Shown here: positions 30,831 to 39,595 of the stretch, one piece after another | Layout: each line of letters begins with the position of its first letter | Position numbering within the stretch: the stretch's first letter is position 1 | The notes under the pieces: generated by a model | Seen by the model: only the letters and a program-made list of their open reading frames with translations | Told to the model about the DNA's origin: nothing | The model's database searches: none | DNA from: Candidatus Obscuribacterales bacterium | GTDB lineage: Bacteria > Cyanobacteriota > Vampirovibrionia > Obscuribacterales > Obscuribacteraceae | Length of the DNA: 64,000 bases | Reading direction: 5' to 3' | Assembly: GCA_965228855.1 (NCBI GenBank) | Contig: CBDDIJ010000005.1 | Span: forward strand, 896,001-960,000 | Position numbers and translations under genes: made by a program

Positions 30831-31565
30831 GTGAGCGTGCATGCTAATATCGATGGAAGAGATGCTACGCCCACAGGTTTGCTAATGAGTGTTGAAAGTA
30901 ATCTGTATATTTTCAACGAGTCGGAATGTTTCGACGAGATTCATGGCGTAGCATTGTCCGATCCATCTCTTCCGTTAAAACTTTATGCAGACCGAAAAGC
31001 CGTCGCGACAATGCACGATCAAGTTTATGCAGTATCCGTCGGCGCACTGCTGACTATATGGGTGATTGATGGTGTCATTTGTCAAATGCTGGCAGTCGCG
31101 CCGGCGTTTTTCATTTCATCGGCGTTTATATCCTTTCTCTTGTTGATAATATCGAGAGACTATCGAGCAGTGCAAAAAGACTCGGGTTCCTCTTCGGCTG
31201 TTCTGGAAATAACCAAAGATTTCCTGACCTGGCGAACCTACACGGGACAGCGCATTGTGGCCTTTCCTTGGTCGCTTGTGGAAACAGTCAAAGCATCTAA
31301 TGATAGACGAGACTCCATTCTCTCATTTGAATTCACGGATAGTGAGCTGCTAACTCAGTACGCAGCTGATGCAACGCATCGAGAACATCTGATCAAGAAG
31401 TTGAAAACGTATGATGGGCGACTTCAGGTTTCAACGTTCGGTCTTCCGTTGACGGCTGTAGAGCTTGAAGACGTTTTGAGGCTGCGACTCTCAGCCACCA
31501 CACCCAGAGCGTCACGAGCGGCAGATTTACCAGTCCTCAAGATTTCAACCAGTTCACCATTTTAA
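30831..31565 (+). CDS. Hypothetical membrane protein (two TMs plus a PH-like soluble domain)
   Basis: Two hydrophobic helices followed by a [10 protein letters not shown]...FPWSLVETV pattern. Confidence 0.6.
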   Translation: MSVHANIDGRDATPTGLLMSVESNLYIFNESECFDEIHGVALSDPSLPLKLYADRKAVATMHDQVYAVSVGALLTIWVIDGVICQMLAVAPAFFISSAFISFLLLIISRDYRAVQKDSGSSSAVLEITKDFLTWRTYTGQRIVAFPWSLVETVKASNDRRDSILSFEFTDSELLTQYAADATHREHLIKKLKTYDGRLQVSTFGLPLTAVELEDVLRLRLSATTPRASRAADLPVLKISTSSPF

Positions 31566-32114
31566 TAATGCTCTTATTAGTTCTCTCGCAGCTCTGTAAA
31601 CTTGACTGAGACCATCGGTCTGAAGGTCTTCTCCGCTCCAATCCCCATTGTTAATGGGCACCTCATACTCATCGAAGGATTTTCCTAATTCAGTCAGAAT
31701 GCGCTCACGGAGGCGAGTGTTCTGAACGCCGAGGGTTTCCATCACCCGGTTGGCAACACCTTCGCCCTCATCGAGCAATCCGAGCAAGAGGTGCTCGGTT
31801 CCAATGTGCTTGTGACCAAGTTGCCTCGCCGCAGCCCACGATAGCTCTAGCACGCGTTTTGCGCGAGGTGTAAATGGAATTTCGACGGCTACATAGCCCG
31901 AGCCTCTTCCAATGACCTTCTCGACCTCCATTCGCGCGGTCTTCAGCGTGATACCCTCAGACTCGAGAACACGCGAGGCCACGGCAGAGGGTTTTAAAGC
32001 AATCAGCCCCAGGAAGATCTGCTCGGTACCAACATAGTTGTGTCCTAATCTGCGCGCCTCTTCTTGAGCGAGCATAATTGCTTTGATTGCATCGATGGTG
32101 AATCGCTCGAACAT
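31554..32114 (-). CDS. Stand-alone Clp N-terminal (Clp repeat) domain protein
   Basis: [32 protein letters not shown] and [14 protein letters not shown]...[12 protein letters not shown]; no AAA+ domain. Confidence 0.9.
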   Translation of the reverse strand: MFERFTIDAIKAIMLAQEEARRLGHNYVGTEQIFLGLIALKPSAVASRVLESEGITLKTARMEVEKVIGRGSGYVAVEIPFTPRAKRVLELSWAAARQLGHKHIGTEHLLLGLLDEGEGVANRVMETLGVQNTRLRERILTELGKSFDEYEVPINNGDWSGEDLQTDGLSQVYRAARELIRALLKW

Positions 32115-32188
32115 TATGGGCGTTCCAAAGTAGTTAGAGACTATTCTATCGGCAGGGAATAAATTATGTCGGGTAACGCGAGGATTTC

Positions 32189-33115
32189 ATGTCAAACGAA
32201 GCAGCTGCAGAACCAACCTTCCTGTTGTTGGGAAAGTCCGCGAAGAGTGCGTGGTGGCGATACATTCTCGGGATATTGATCATCGTAGGTGGCTACTTTG
32301 TTTTCGGTTCTATCGCATACTGTGTAGTTCTGGTTTTACTGTGCGGAAAAATTCCAAATCTCGACAAAGTAACCGGACGAGTCACAGACGTGGACCCGAT
32401 ATTTCAATACATCGCACTCAACTCAACTTTTTTGACTCTGCTTCTATTCACATTTCTGGTGGTCCGCTTTCTGCACGGACGTGGCTTTAAAACACTCATC
32501 ACGCCATCAGACAAAATCAACTTCGGTCGAATCGGAATCGGATTTTTGCTCTGGTGTTGTTTAGCTGCTTCAGTCGAGGGAATAGGAGCAATCATTTTTC
32601 CAGGCGACTATCATTATGTGCTGGAGTCGCCGGCGTTTTTTAACTATGCACCAATAGTGCTGCTGTTTACACCAATGCAATGTTTCGTCGAAGAGATAGC
32701 ATTTCGTGGATATCTTCTGCAGATGCTGAGTAAGATAACGACTTCACGATGGTGGCTATGTGGTATCAACGGTTTTCTTTTCATGCTGCCGCACATCTCG
32801 AATCCGGAAGTTGCTGTCAGCGAAAATCTCATGTCATTGATTCCGACCTTGCTCCTCTATTTCGGAATTGGATTTCTGCTGACTCTTGCGACAATTCGAA
32901 GCAACAGTCTTGAACTCGCAATTGGTGCTCATATTGGAAATAATCTTTTCGACGGGTTGATCGTAAATTACAGCGATTCCGCGTTGCAGACAAAGTCTGT
33001 GTTTCTTTGCACGAAACTGCATCCGTGGTATGAGCTGATAATGCTGGTTATTTTTGGAGCAGTTTTCTACTTCGCTATTGATCGTTATTTGAAGTCGTCT
33101 CAGAAAACGAGTTGA
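32189..33115 (+). CDS. CPBP (CAAX/Abi) intramembrane metalloprotease
   Basis: EEIAFRGY, FMLPH and HIGNN motifs; multiple TMs. Confidence 0.92.
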   Translation: MSNEAAAEPTFLLLGKSAKSAWWRYILGILIIVGGYFVFGSIAYCVVLVLLCGKIPNLDKVTGRVTDVDPIFQYIALNSTFLTLLLFTFLVVRFLHGRGFKTLITPSDKINFGRIGIGFLLWCCLAASVEGIGAIIFPGDYHYVLESPAFFNYAPIVLLFTPMQCFVEEIAFRGYLLQMLSKITTSRWWLCGINGFLFMLPHISNPEVAVSENLMSLIPTLLLYFGIGFLLTLATIRSNSLELAIGAHIGNNLFDGLIVNYSDSALQTKSVFLCTKLHPWYELIMLVIFGAVFYFAIDRYLKSSQKTS

Positions 33116-33286
33116 GTTGGGGAAAGAAGTACGGACGCGCCACCACATAGAGTGCCTCTGCTCTATCCGCATTCCTCGTAAACGCACCGCGACTGGCGGC
33201 GCAATCGATCTTCAGTCCCAGAACGACACAGAATATAAGCGCCGAGTTAAGTAGTCCTGGGATGGTTACGGAGGCGACATCGGGGT

Positions 33287-33985
33287 ATGATGGGACACAT
33301 GCTCAGTAACGTTCCCAATGTCGGACACTCTCAGTCGAACCTAAACAGTCGATGGTTCGTTTGTCTTGCGTGCACAATCATCATTTTGTGCGCAGGTCCC
33401 GGAATCGGCTATGACTTTTCAAAAACAAGGTTTGGTTTCCTAACAACAGGATCTATCTCCGCAGATGGGACGAGGTGCCAGATAAACCACGATACCGATG
33501 TATCCCTCAGTCCCGACCAGGTACGCGTTACGACGCACCGCTTACCTGGAGCGGGGTATGTGATACCTCCTGTTCTTTTTGATGTCGAGGTCGAGATAGA
33601 AAACAAGGAAGGAAACGTTCGTCTAGTTGAGTTATTTGTTTCAGAACCTTTCTGGAATTCGAATAAATCAAACACGTTTTTCTACGATTTTCAAAAGCCT
33701 GCTGAGGAAAGTGCTTACTCGTTCAAGAGAATTGTGGGAGTTAGGCAGGCTAGACTAAATCCTGACTCCAACTCATTGCCTAGTTTTCTAGAAGATTTAG
33801 TCTATCATCTACCCGGGAATGCACCTGTCAGTTATATTGGAAATCGTTTTGGCGGATTCAAGCTTGGCGAGAGTGGCGATACGACTGAATGTTGGTTCTA
33901 CAAGCGAAGAAGGATTGGCAAGCAGGACGCAGCCGGTCAGTGCCTTTACGATTGGAAGGAGTGTTTTGCGTTCAGAAACAATTGA
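33287..33985 (+). CDS. Hypothetical exported/membrane-anchored protein
   Basis: 232-aa ORF, GGAGG upstream, N-terminal hydrophobic stretch. Confidence 0.6.
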   Translation: MMGHMLSNVPNVGHSQSNLNSRWFVCLACTIIILCAGPGIGYDFSKTRFGFLTTGSISADGTRCQINHDTDVSLSPDQVRVTTHRLPGAGYVIPPVLFDVEVEIENKEGNVRLVELFVSEPFWNSNKSNTFFYDFQKPAEESAYSFKRIVGVRQARLNPDSNSLPSFLEDLVYHLPGNAPVSYIGNRFGGFKLGESGDTTECWFYKRRRIGKQDAAGQCLYDWKECFAFRNN

Positions 33986-34097
33986 TCTAACGACAATTAG
34001 AACTGCGCCTAGCTTCGCCACGACCAGCAGTGTCTACTACAAGTCATTTCAGTCGACTCCAGCAGCCATATCGCTTCGCAAGTGTTAAAGTAGACGT

Positions 34098-34658
34098 ATG
34101 TTCAGGGTCGGAATACTGATGGTTGCTATCAGCGCCCTCTTGGGAGCGGTTTTCTTTTGCTTTAGTGAATCTCGAAAGGACGCAGCAGTTTCCGAGCTGA
34201 GCACGACGACGCCGATTATATTGCCGCTCACACGAGCTCGTGGGTATGAAAAGCTGGTCTACGCTGCCACCGATATTAGAAGGGGCGTTGAGATTCGCGA
34301 AGAAATGTTGGTCGAGAAACCACCTCCAGTCGACGGTTTCTCCATTGCGGCAATCGGCGCTAAGCGCTTCGTCGTAGGTAATAGACCTATTAAAGATATT
34401 ACAGCGGGCGAAGTCGTGACCACGCACAAATTCGATAAGTGTATCAGAGGCGACGCGATTCCAGTTGTTTTCGCGGAGAGGGACATTCCTGCAGGAAACA
34501 TCATTCAACGGTCTGACCTCAACCCTAAACCGTGGAATTGCATATTTTACGAGGATGTGGCGAAGGGACCAACGACTGTCGAATCAGTCGTTGGAAAAAA
34601 AGCACGACTGAACATTCTCAGCGGTCGCCGAATTGCTGATGATGACCTTGCTCAATGA
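34098..34658 (+). CDS. Membrane-anchored tandem SAF-domain protein
   Basis: VYAATDIRRGVEIREEML...KDITAGEVV and VVFAERDIPAGNIIQRSDL...VVGKKARLNILSG. Confidence 0.8.
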   Translation: MFRVGILMVAISALLGAVFFCFSESRKDAAVSELSTTTPIILPLTRARGYEKLVYAATDIRRGVEIREEMLVEKPPPVDGFSIAAIGAKRFVVGNRPIKDITAGEVVTTHKFDKCIRGDAIPVVFAERDIPAGNIIQRSDLNPKPWNCIFYEDVAKGPTTVESVVGKKARLNILSGRRIADDDLAQ

Positions 34659-34690
34659 GTTTAGGTAGAGATGCTTTGAGTGCTGCGACT

Positions 34691-34983
34691 AGCAGCGCTT
34701 GGCGTAATCGCGCGGAAAATATCTTCAGGACGCTTTGCAGTCGTCTCGTTCTGGACAGGTAAGTGGCAGCGGTAACTAGACCGTCGTTGGATAAGTGAAC
34801 TCTGGGCGTTCGACGGAAACCGAATCGCCGTGCGATTCTCGTACGAGTGGCAAGGAGATTGGGGAAACTGCTTTCGTGCTTATGGTAAGGAGAATTGGAG
34901 TTCGACAGTGCGGCTACATGACTCTTCGTCACGCGTCGATTAACGACCTTCCAATTCTTGAAATGGAACTCAGATTCCGCTAG
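34691..34983 (+). pseudogene. Decayed DUF1348/NTF2-family gene, paralog of 53587..54054
   Basis: Reads SAWRNRAE / [47 protein letters not shown] / [15 protein letters not shown], with a TAA at 34773 and several frameshifts. Confidence 0.88.
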
Positions 34984-35069
34984 TCGACTGCGACGCGTCC
35001 GGCAGTCCATCTAGGTCTCAGTAAACTAGGTCTTAAGTAATTATCTCGAATCGAGCTTCTCGATTTCCT

Positions 35070-35551
35070 TTAAAAGGCACCACTACTTAGACCACCGTAA
35101 CTGTTTCGAATGAAGCTGGCAGCCAGGTAGACCGCGAGCGGAAACCCAATAAGGCGAACACCACTCAACACAGTTAGCGAACTCCGGTGGCATATTCCGA
35201 AATCTAGTGATGCAAATGCTGCCAATCCTGTCGCAACAAACACAAACCAAGGCAAGACGCTTTCCTGTGAACCATTTATGTTGGTTGTTGCGATTTGATA
35301 TTCAAGGAACAGCACACTACAAACAGCTAGCATCGAATACCAACTATGAACTTCTGCGTTTGGAAAACTCGAGGTTTGAGCGTACATAGAAAGCACCTGC
35401 TGCAAGTACTAATCCAATTGTTGCCAGAGCGGTTGAATTAGGCAATGGTAAAAATGCGTAGCGAAGCACGCCATCTCGCAAAACGCGCAAACCATTCACG
35501 AATCTTCGGCAAGTTCCGTGTGTTTAGCTCTAACATCAACAGTCAAATCCA
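35070..35551 (-). pseudogene. Probably decayed multi-TM membrane protein gene (3' part is ORF 35070..35405)
   Basis: An upstream hydrophobic segment (STALATIGLVLAAGAFYVR) is in a different frame, with stops, from the downstream TM segments. Confidence 0.35.
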
Positions 35552-35561
35552 CGCACCGAAC

Positions 35562-36614
35562 CTATCCCATCCCACAGCGACCGTCGCTTCGGTAGCCGGG
35601 TTTCATCCACCAAGCTGGATGTCCGCACGCACCAGATTGCGGATAGAGAATGGAATCGTTTTCGATACCGACAAGGCTGAATAATATCAACTTTTGCTCC
35701 TCAGCCTGCGGCATCATTCCAACCTGCCTATACCACAAGACCATATCCCGATGCGCTTTTCGCCTGTTGTGATCGGAAGAAGGCAGCCGGTCCACTAACT
35801 TCAAACCGCGGACTAAAAGCGCCTCGCTATCGTGAATTGCCTCTGCAGAGGGACTCGCGAGCGGTGCCAGAGGCTGCTCTCCAAAACTTCCGGCGACAAA
35901 AGTCGGAATTTGCACGGGGAGGATTGCTTTTGCAAGTAAACCGAAGATTGCGTTGGCTGCACCTACTAGCTCAGGTTTTGGCTCATCAGAGCTTTCTGCG
36001 TCTCGAATCATATCGTTGAATGCATCCTCACACCTCTTGGAACCGGCTAAATCACCTTTCTTTTGCAAAATCTTTGATGCGGCGAAGTATAGATTCAATT
36101 TCCTCGGTTCATTTGATGACTGTTTAAGTTCCTTGAGGGCAGCCTGAATAGCATCGTCCGCCAGAGCCATGTTGCTGGCTGCAGCCTCATCATTAGCAAG
36201 CGAGTTGCTTTCAGCCTTGTCGCTAGTTTTCTTTGCAAGTGATTGCGTAAGTAAGTATTTTGCGTAGCTGTAACTCACGTCCTCGTAAAATCCTTCCGCA
36301 CCTACGAAGCCGAAGTACTGCAAAGGGTTTCGAGTCCCAGCTTTCATTTCCAACGAAACGGACTTTGCTCGGCCATCGCCCTCGATATAAGAGTCTGCCA
36401 ATCGAAGCAGGTAGTAGGCGCGTAATTCGTTCGACAAGTCTGTGTTAGATACTAAATACTGAAGAGTGCTACCATCCGGCGCCGGTTGCTTTGCTGTTAC
36501 ATCCGGCGTCGAAAATAGACTGCCGCTAGCAAACATTATCGCAATCGCGACTTGCCGCTTACGCTTAATTGACGACTCTTTTGATGACATCACGCTGTGC
36601 CTCACCATCAACAT
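35562..36614 (-). CDS. Secreted helical protein with a C-terminal ACGH...WW...CGMG motif
   Basis: Signal-peptide-like KRKRQVAIAIMFASG...; ends QSGACGHPAWWMKPGYRSDGRCGMG. Confidence 0.75.
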   Translation of the reverse strand: MLMVRHSVMSSKESSIKRKRQVAIAIMFASGSLFSTPDVTAKQPAPDGSTLQYLVSNTDLSNELRAYYLLRLADSYIEGDGRAKSVSLEMKAGTRNPLQYFGFVGAEGFYEDVSYSYAKYLLTQSLAKKTSDKAESNSLANDEAAASNMALADDAIQAALKELKQSSNEPRKLNLYFAASKILQKKGDLAGSKRCEDAFNDMIRDAESSDEPKPELVGAANAIFGLLAKAILPVQIPTFVAGSFGEQPLAPLASPSAEAIHDSEALLVRGLKLVDRLPSSDHNRRKAHRDMVLWYRQVGMMPQAEEQKLILFSLVGIENDSILYPQSGACGHPAWWMKPGYRSDGRCGMG

Positions 36615-36807
36615 TCGCTCGTTCGGAAGGAAGTCTTTTCCATAGTGAGCTCAACCAGATCGCACTTCCAAATCATCATACGGCAAATAGTTTCAAATCG
36701 CTTAGCACAGCCGCGAAACGCAGAGCGCACTAATGTGTGGTCTCTTGGTTCATCGCTACGATGCCCGAGTCATCCGAGGAAATGAATCTGGTTGCTTTTT
36801 CTATTCA

Positions 36808-37524
36808 TCAAACACCAAAAATCTTCTGTATAAAACTGAGTTTTCTTCGCTGTCTAGCAAAAATTCGCTCGCTGTCGTGTCGCTTAGTAATTGAATCTGA
36901 TCCATACTTACCATCGGCGAAACCTTGTCCAACTTCTGCATGTCGCATATCCCCAAATTCATAGTCTAGACCAAGACTGTGAGCGAATTGGCTCAATGTC
37001 GAATCACGTTGAATACAATCTTGATAGGTCAGGGCACCTGGGTCGTTTTTCCAGATATTAGCAGTATATTCGTCTATTGCCGTTATTCGATTATCTGGCT
37101 CTCTTCTACCGTACGCGATTACTTCAGCAATAAATGCAGTAATTGATCTAGCCTGCAAAACTATAACCGGAGGATCGTGGCAGCCGAAAAATACGGGAAT
37201 TTCATCGGTTGGTTCTCCTGCAACCAGGTCCAGGAGCCAAACATTACCGACACCGTCCCGAGCGATCGGTAAACCGTGTGGAAACAGGTCCTCTCTAATC
37301 GTGTACCCTGGGTAAAAGTCGACAAAACCGATCGCAGATTCGAAGCCACCACAAAAGGCTAACAAGCTTTCATACTCAAGAGGAAGAGGCGAAGTCAGTT
37401 CGTCACTTAATTTACGAATCTCTTCGGACGATATCGGGGCTTCAAGCTCGATAATCCCCCTCTCACCAAACGCTGAAGTGAACGGGGTTCCTTTTGCATC
37501 TTGAAGAATGGCTTGGGCGTCCAA
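36808..37524 (-). CDS. SMI1/KNR4 family protein
   Basis: PISSEEI...PLPLEYESLLAFCGG, GLPIARDGVGNVWLLD, ARSITAFI. Confidence 0.85.
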   Translation of the reverse strand: MDAQAILQDAKGTPFTSAFGERGIIELEAPISSEEIRKLSDELTSPLPLEYESLLAFCGGFESAIGFVDFYPGYTIREDLFPHGLPIARDGVGNVWLLDLVAGEPTDEIPVFFGCHDPPVIVLQARSITAFIAEVIAYGRREPDNRITAIDEYTANIWKNDPGALTYQDCIQRDSTLSQFAHSLGLDYEFGDMRHAEVGQGFADGKYGSDSITKRHDSERIFARQRRKLSFIQKIFGV

Positions 37525-37619
37525 TGTTTAGTATCCCCAAAAGTCATGAATTGTTCTAAGAGTTTTGCACACGCCCAGCATGAGGGCAAGTCGAATTTCC
37601 TCAAGTAGCACATATGATT

Positions 37620-38234
37620 TCAAAGTATACGATGATATCGTAGGTGGTATCGTCTGGGATGATCAATTTTGGAAAGACACTGACGGTCAACTGCACATGG
37701 CTCATCCGCTATTAGTGTTTCAATCTCATCCGGTTCTTCAAACAGACTTATGCGAACATGAGAGAGACTCTCTTCTCCAGCGTCAAAAAAGAACTCGATA
37801 CTGTAGCGTCCCCAAAGGTAACCGTCAACTATAAACTCTGGCGACTGCACATTAGGTTGACTTAGATACCGTCGCCAGTCATCTTTAGAGTTCGTCTCTG
37901 GCTGAGGGACTCCAGGAAATCGTAAGCACCTAGAACGTGGAGCTCCGAGTCTGTCACGAACTTCACTTCTGCTGTCGGTCAAAAATATGGAATCCATAAT
38001 TGTTGATTTGAACGACGCAAAATTTGGCTCGCCACTTCCGTAAAACCAAAGTTCAGAAACCACCTCATCCATAAGAATGATGCGAATACCTTCCGCCCTG
38101 TATGAATACTGGGTTAATTCCGGTCCTAGCTGTTCAACAACAGAACTGGAGCAAGAAGTCTGTAGTTGGTGCCATTCATTGCTACTAGTCCCTTCTCCCA
38201 AGAGTGAGAGCAATCGAGAAAAATCTTGAATCAT
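37620..38234 (-). CDS. Hypothetical protein, immunity-protein-like
   Basis: LLSLLG...YSYRAEGIRI...DSRSEVRDRLGAP pattern; co-oriented upstream of the SMI1/KNR4 gene. Confidence 0.55.
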   Translation of the reverse strand: MIQDFSRLLSLLGEGTSSNEWHQLQTSCSSSVVEQLGPELTQYSYRAEGIRIILMDEVVSELWFYGSGEPNFASFKSTIMDSIFLTDSRSEVRDRLGAPRSRCLRFPGVPQPETNSKDDWRRYLSQPNVQSPEFIVDGYLWGRYSIEFFFDAGEESLSHVRISLFEEPDEIETLIADEPCAVDRQCLSKIDHPRRYHLRYHRIL

Positions 38235-38267
38235 ACGTTTTTGCTTTGGGTAAACCGACTTGCGCCG

Positions 38268-39380
38268 CTATCCACTCCCTGCAATCTTTTTAATGGCATC
38301 CTCTGCAGCTCTCCGGCTCCAAATATTTTCCTTGCCTGGCATAGCCGCCATTCTTCTTAGCGTAGGTAACGCAACTGCGGATGCCGAGCCGAATGAGCCC
38401 AGCGCCTCAGCGGCTTTGTCGCGAACACGATCATCATGATGGTGCAAAAGTGGCACCATCAGCGGTATCGTAGAGCGTGCGGGTGCTCCCATTTTTGAAA
38501 GTGCCCATGCGCAACTTCCAGAACTCAAATCTTTGCGTTTTAGGCCTTCCGTCAACGCTGGAATAGCCCCACTTGCTTTGGGACCGATGCAGCCGATTGC
38601 ATACGCAGCGGCGCTTGACGCGTGATCTTTGGCTTTCAGCAATACAATTAGCTGAGGCAATGCCGGCAAACCTTTTTCGCCCAAATGAGAAATTCCGTAA
38701 ATGGCGTTGTTGCGAAGTGCAGGATCATTCAGTGCCGCAATCAGCGTTGGCAGTGTGGTTGACTGTTGACTCGGATCGAGATAGCCCAATGCGCGCGTTG
38801 ACTCTTTGCAGACATCCTCATTTGTATCGCGCATTCCTTTCTGAATATCGGCAAGAGCCGGCGCGGCTTTTTTGCCAATATCACCTAGCGCTTTAGCCGC
38901 TCTTTCCCGCACCCGAGCACTCGCATTGTGAGTCAAGATAAAACCTAACAGTTGAGCGGTCCGCTGAGACGCTGCTTTGGATTCTTTCTCAGCCATTTTG
39001 CCGAGAGCTCCGACTGCATCTTCGCGAACCCGCATGTTTGTATCGGCCGACGCAACTCTTGCAAGAAGTTCTTTCACTTGAGGATCGTTGTTCTCAACCT
39101 CACCTAAAGCGCTTGCACACGCAGCGCGCACATGTTCGTCTCGATCTTTCTCAGCGTAAAACTTGAGAGTCGGCACGGTCTGATCGGGCAAGACCTCTCG
39201 TCGGCTTCCTCCATGTTGTCGAAGCTCGCGTGCTGCTTGCGCGCGAGCCTTCACATCAGTCGACGTCCGCAATGTGTTCAGCAGGACGTCTGGTCTCTGT
39301 AGATCTGCACTGGCTGCTCCGATTGCGCAGAAGCTTACTGCAACCGCCAGCAACGAAGTTGCATGACACCGTTGTCGCAT
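38268..39380 (-). CDS. Secreted HEAT-repeat protein
   Basis: Signal peptide ending ASA; repeats VRAACASALGEV, VREDAVGALGKM, VRERAAKALGDIG, VRDKAAEALGSFG. Confidence 0.9.
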   Translation of the reverse strand: MRQRCHATSLLAVAVSFCAIGAASADLQRPDVLLNTLRTSTDVKARAQAARELRQHGGSRREVLPDQTVPTLKFYAEKDRDEHVRAACASALGEVENNDPQVKELLARVASADTNMRVREDAVGALGKMAEKESKAASQRTAQLLGFILTHNASARVRERAAKALGDIGKKAAPALADIQKGMRDTNEDVCKESTRALGYLDPSQQSTTLPTLIAALNDPALRNNAIYGISHLGEKGLPALPQLIVLLKAKDHASSAAAYAIGCIGPKASGAIPALTEGLKRKDLSSGSCAWALSKMGAPARSTIPLMVPLLHHHDDRVRDKAAEALGSFGSASAVALPTLRRMAAMPGKENIWSRRAAEDAIKKIAGSG

Positions 39381-39595
39381 ACCAGAACCCCCGGATAGCT
39401 ATATGACTGTTTGGGATACCTGCTTAGCTAGTGCTTTGTTCACGATTTGTGGGAGTTTGAAACCCTTTCAAACACTTGCGCCTGCGGGCCTGAACCGAAC
39501 CTTGCGAGATTTTTAACTTTCGCTATAGAGCGCAAACTATGTTTAGCCGTAGCTCTCGAACCGCAGCTCAGGTGACCAAGATCTGTTTTCGCCTG

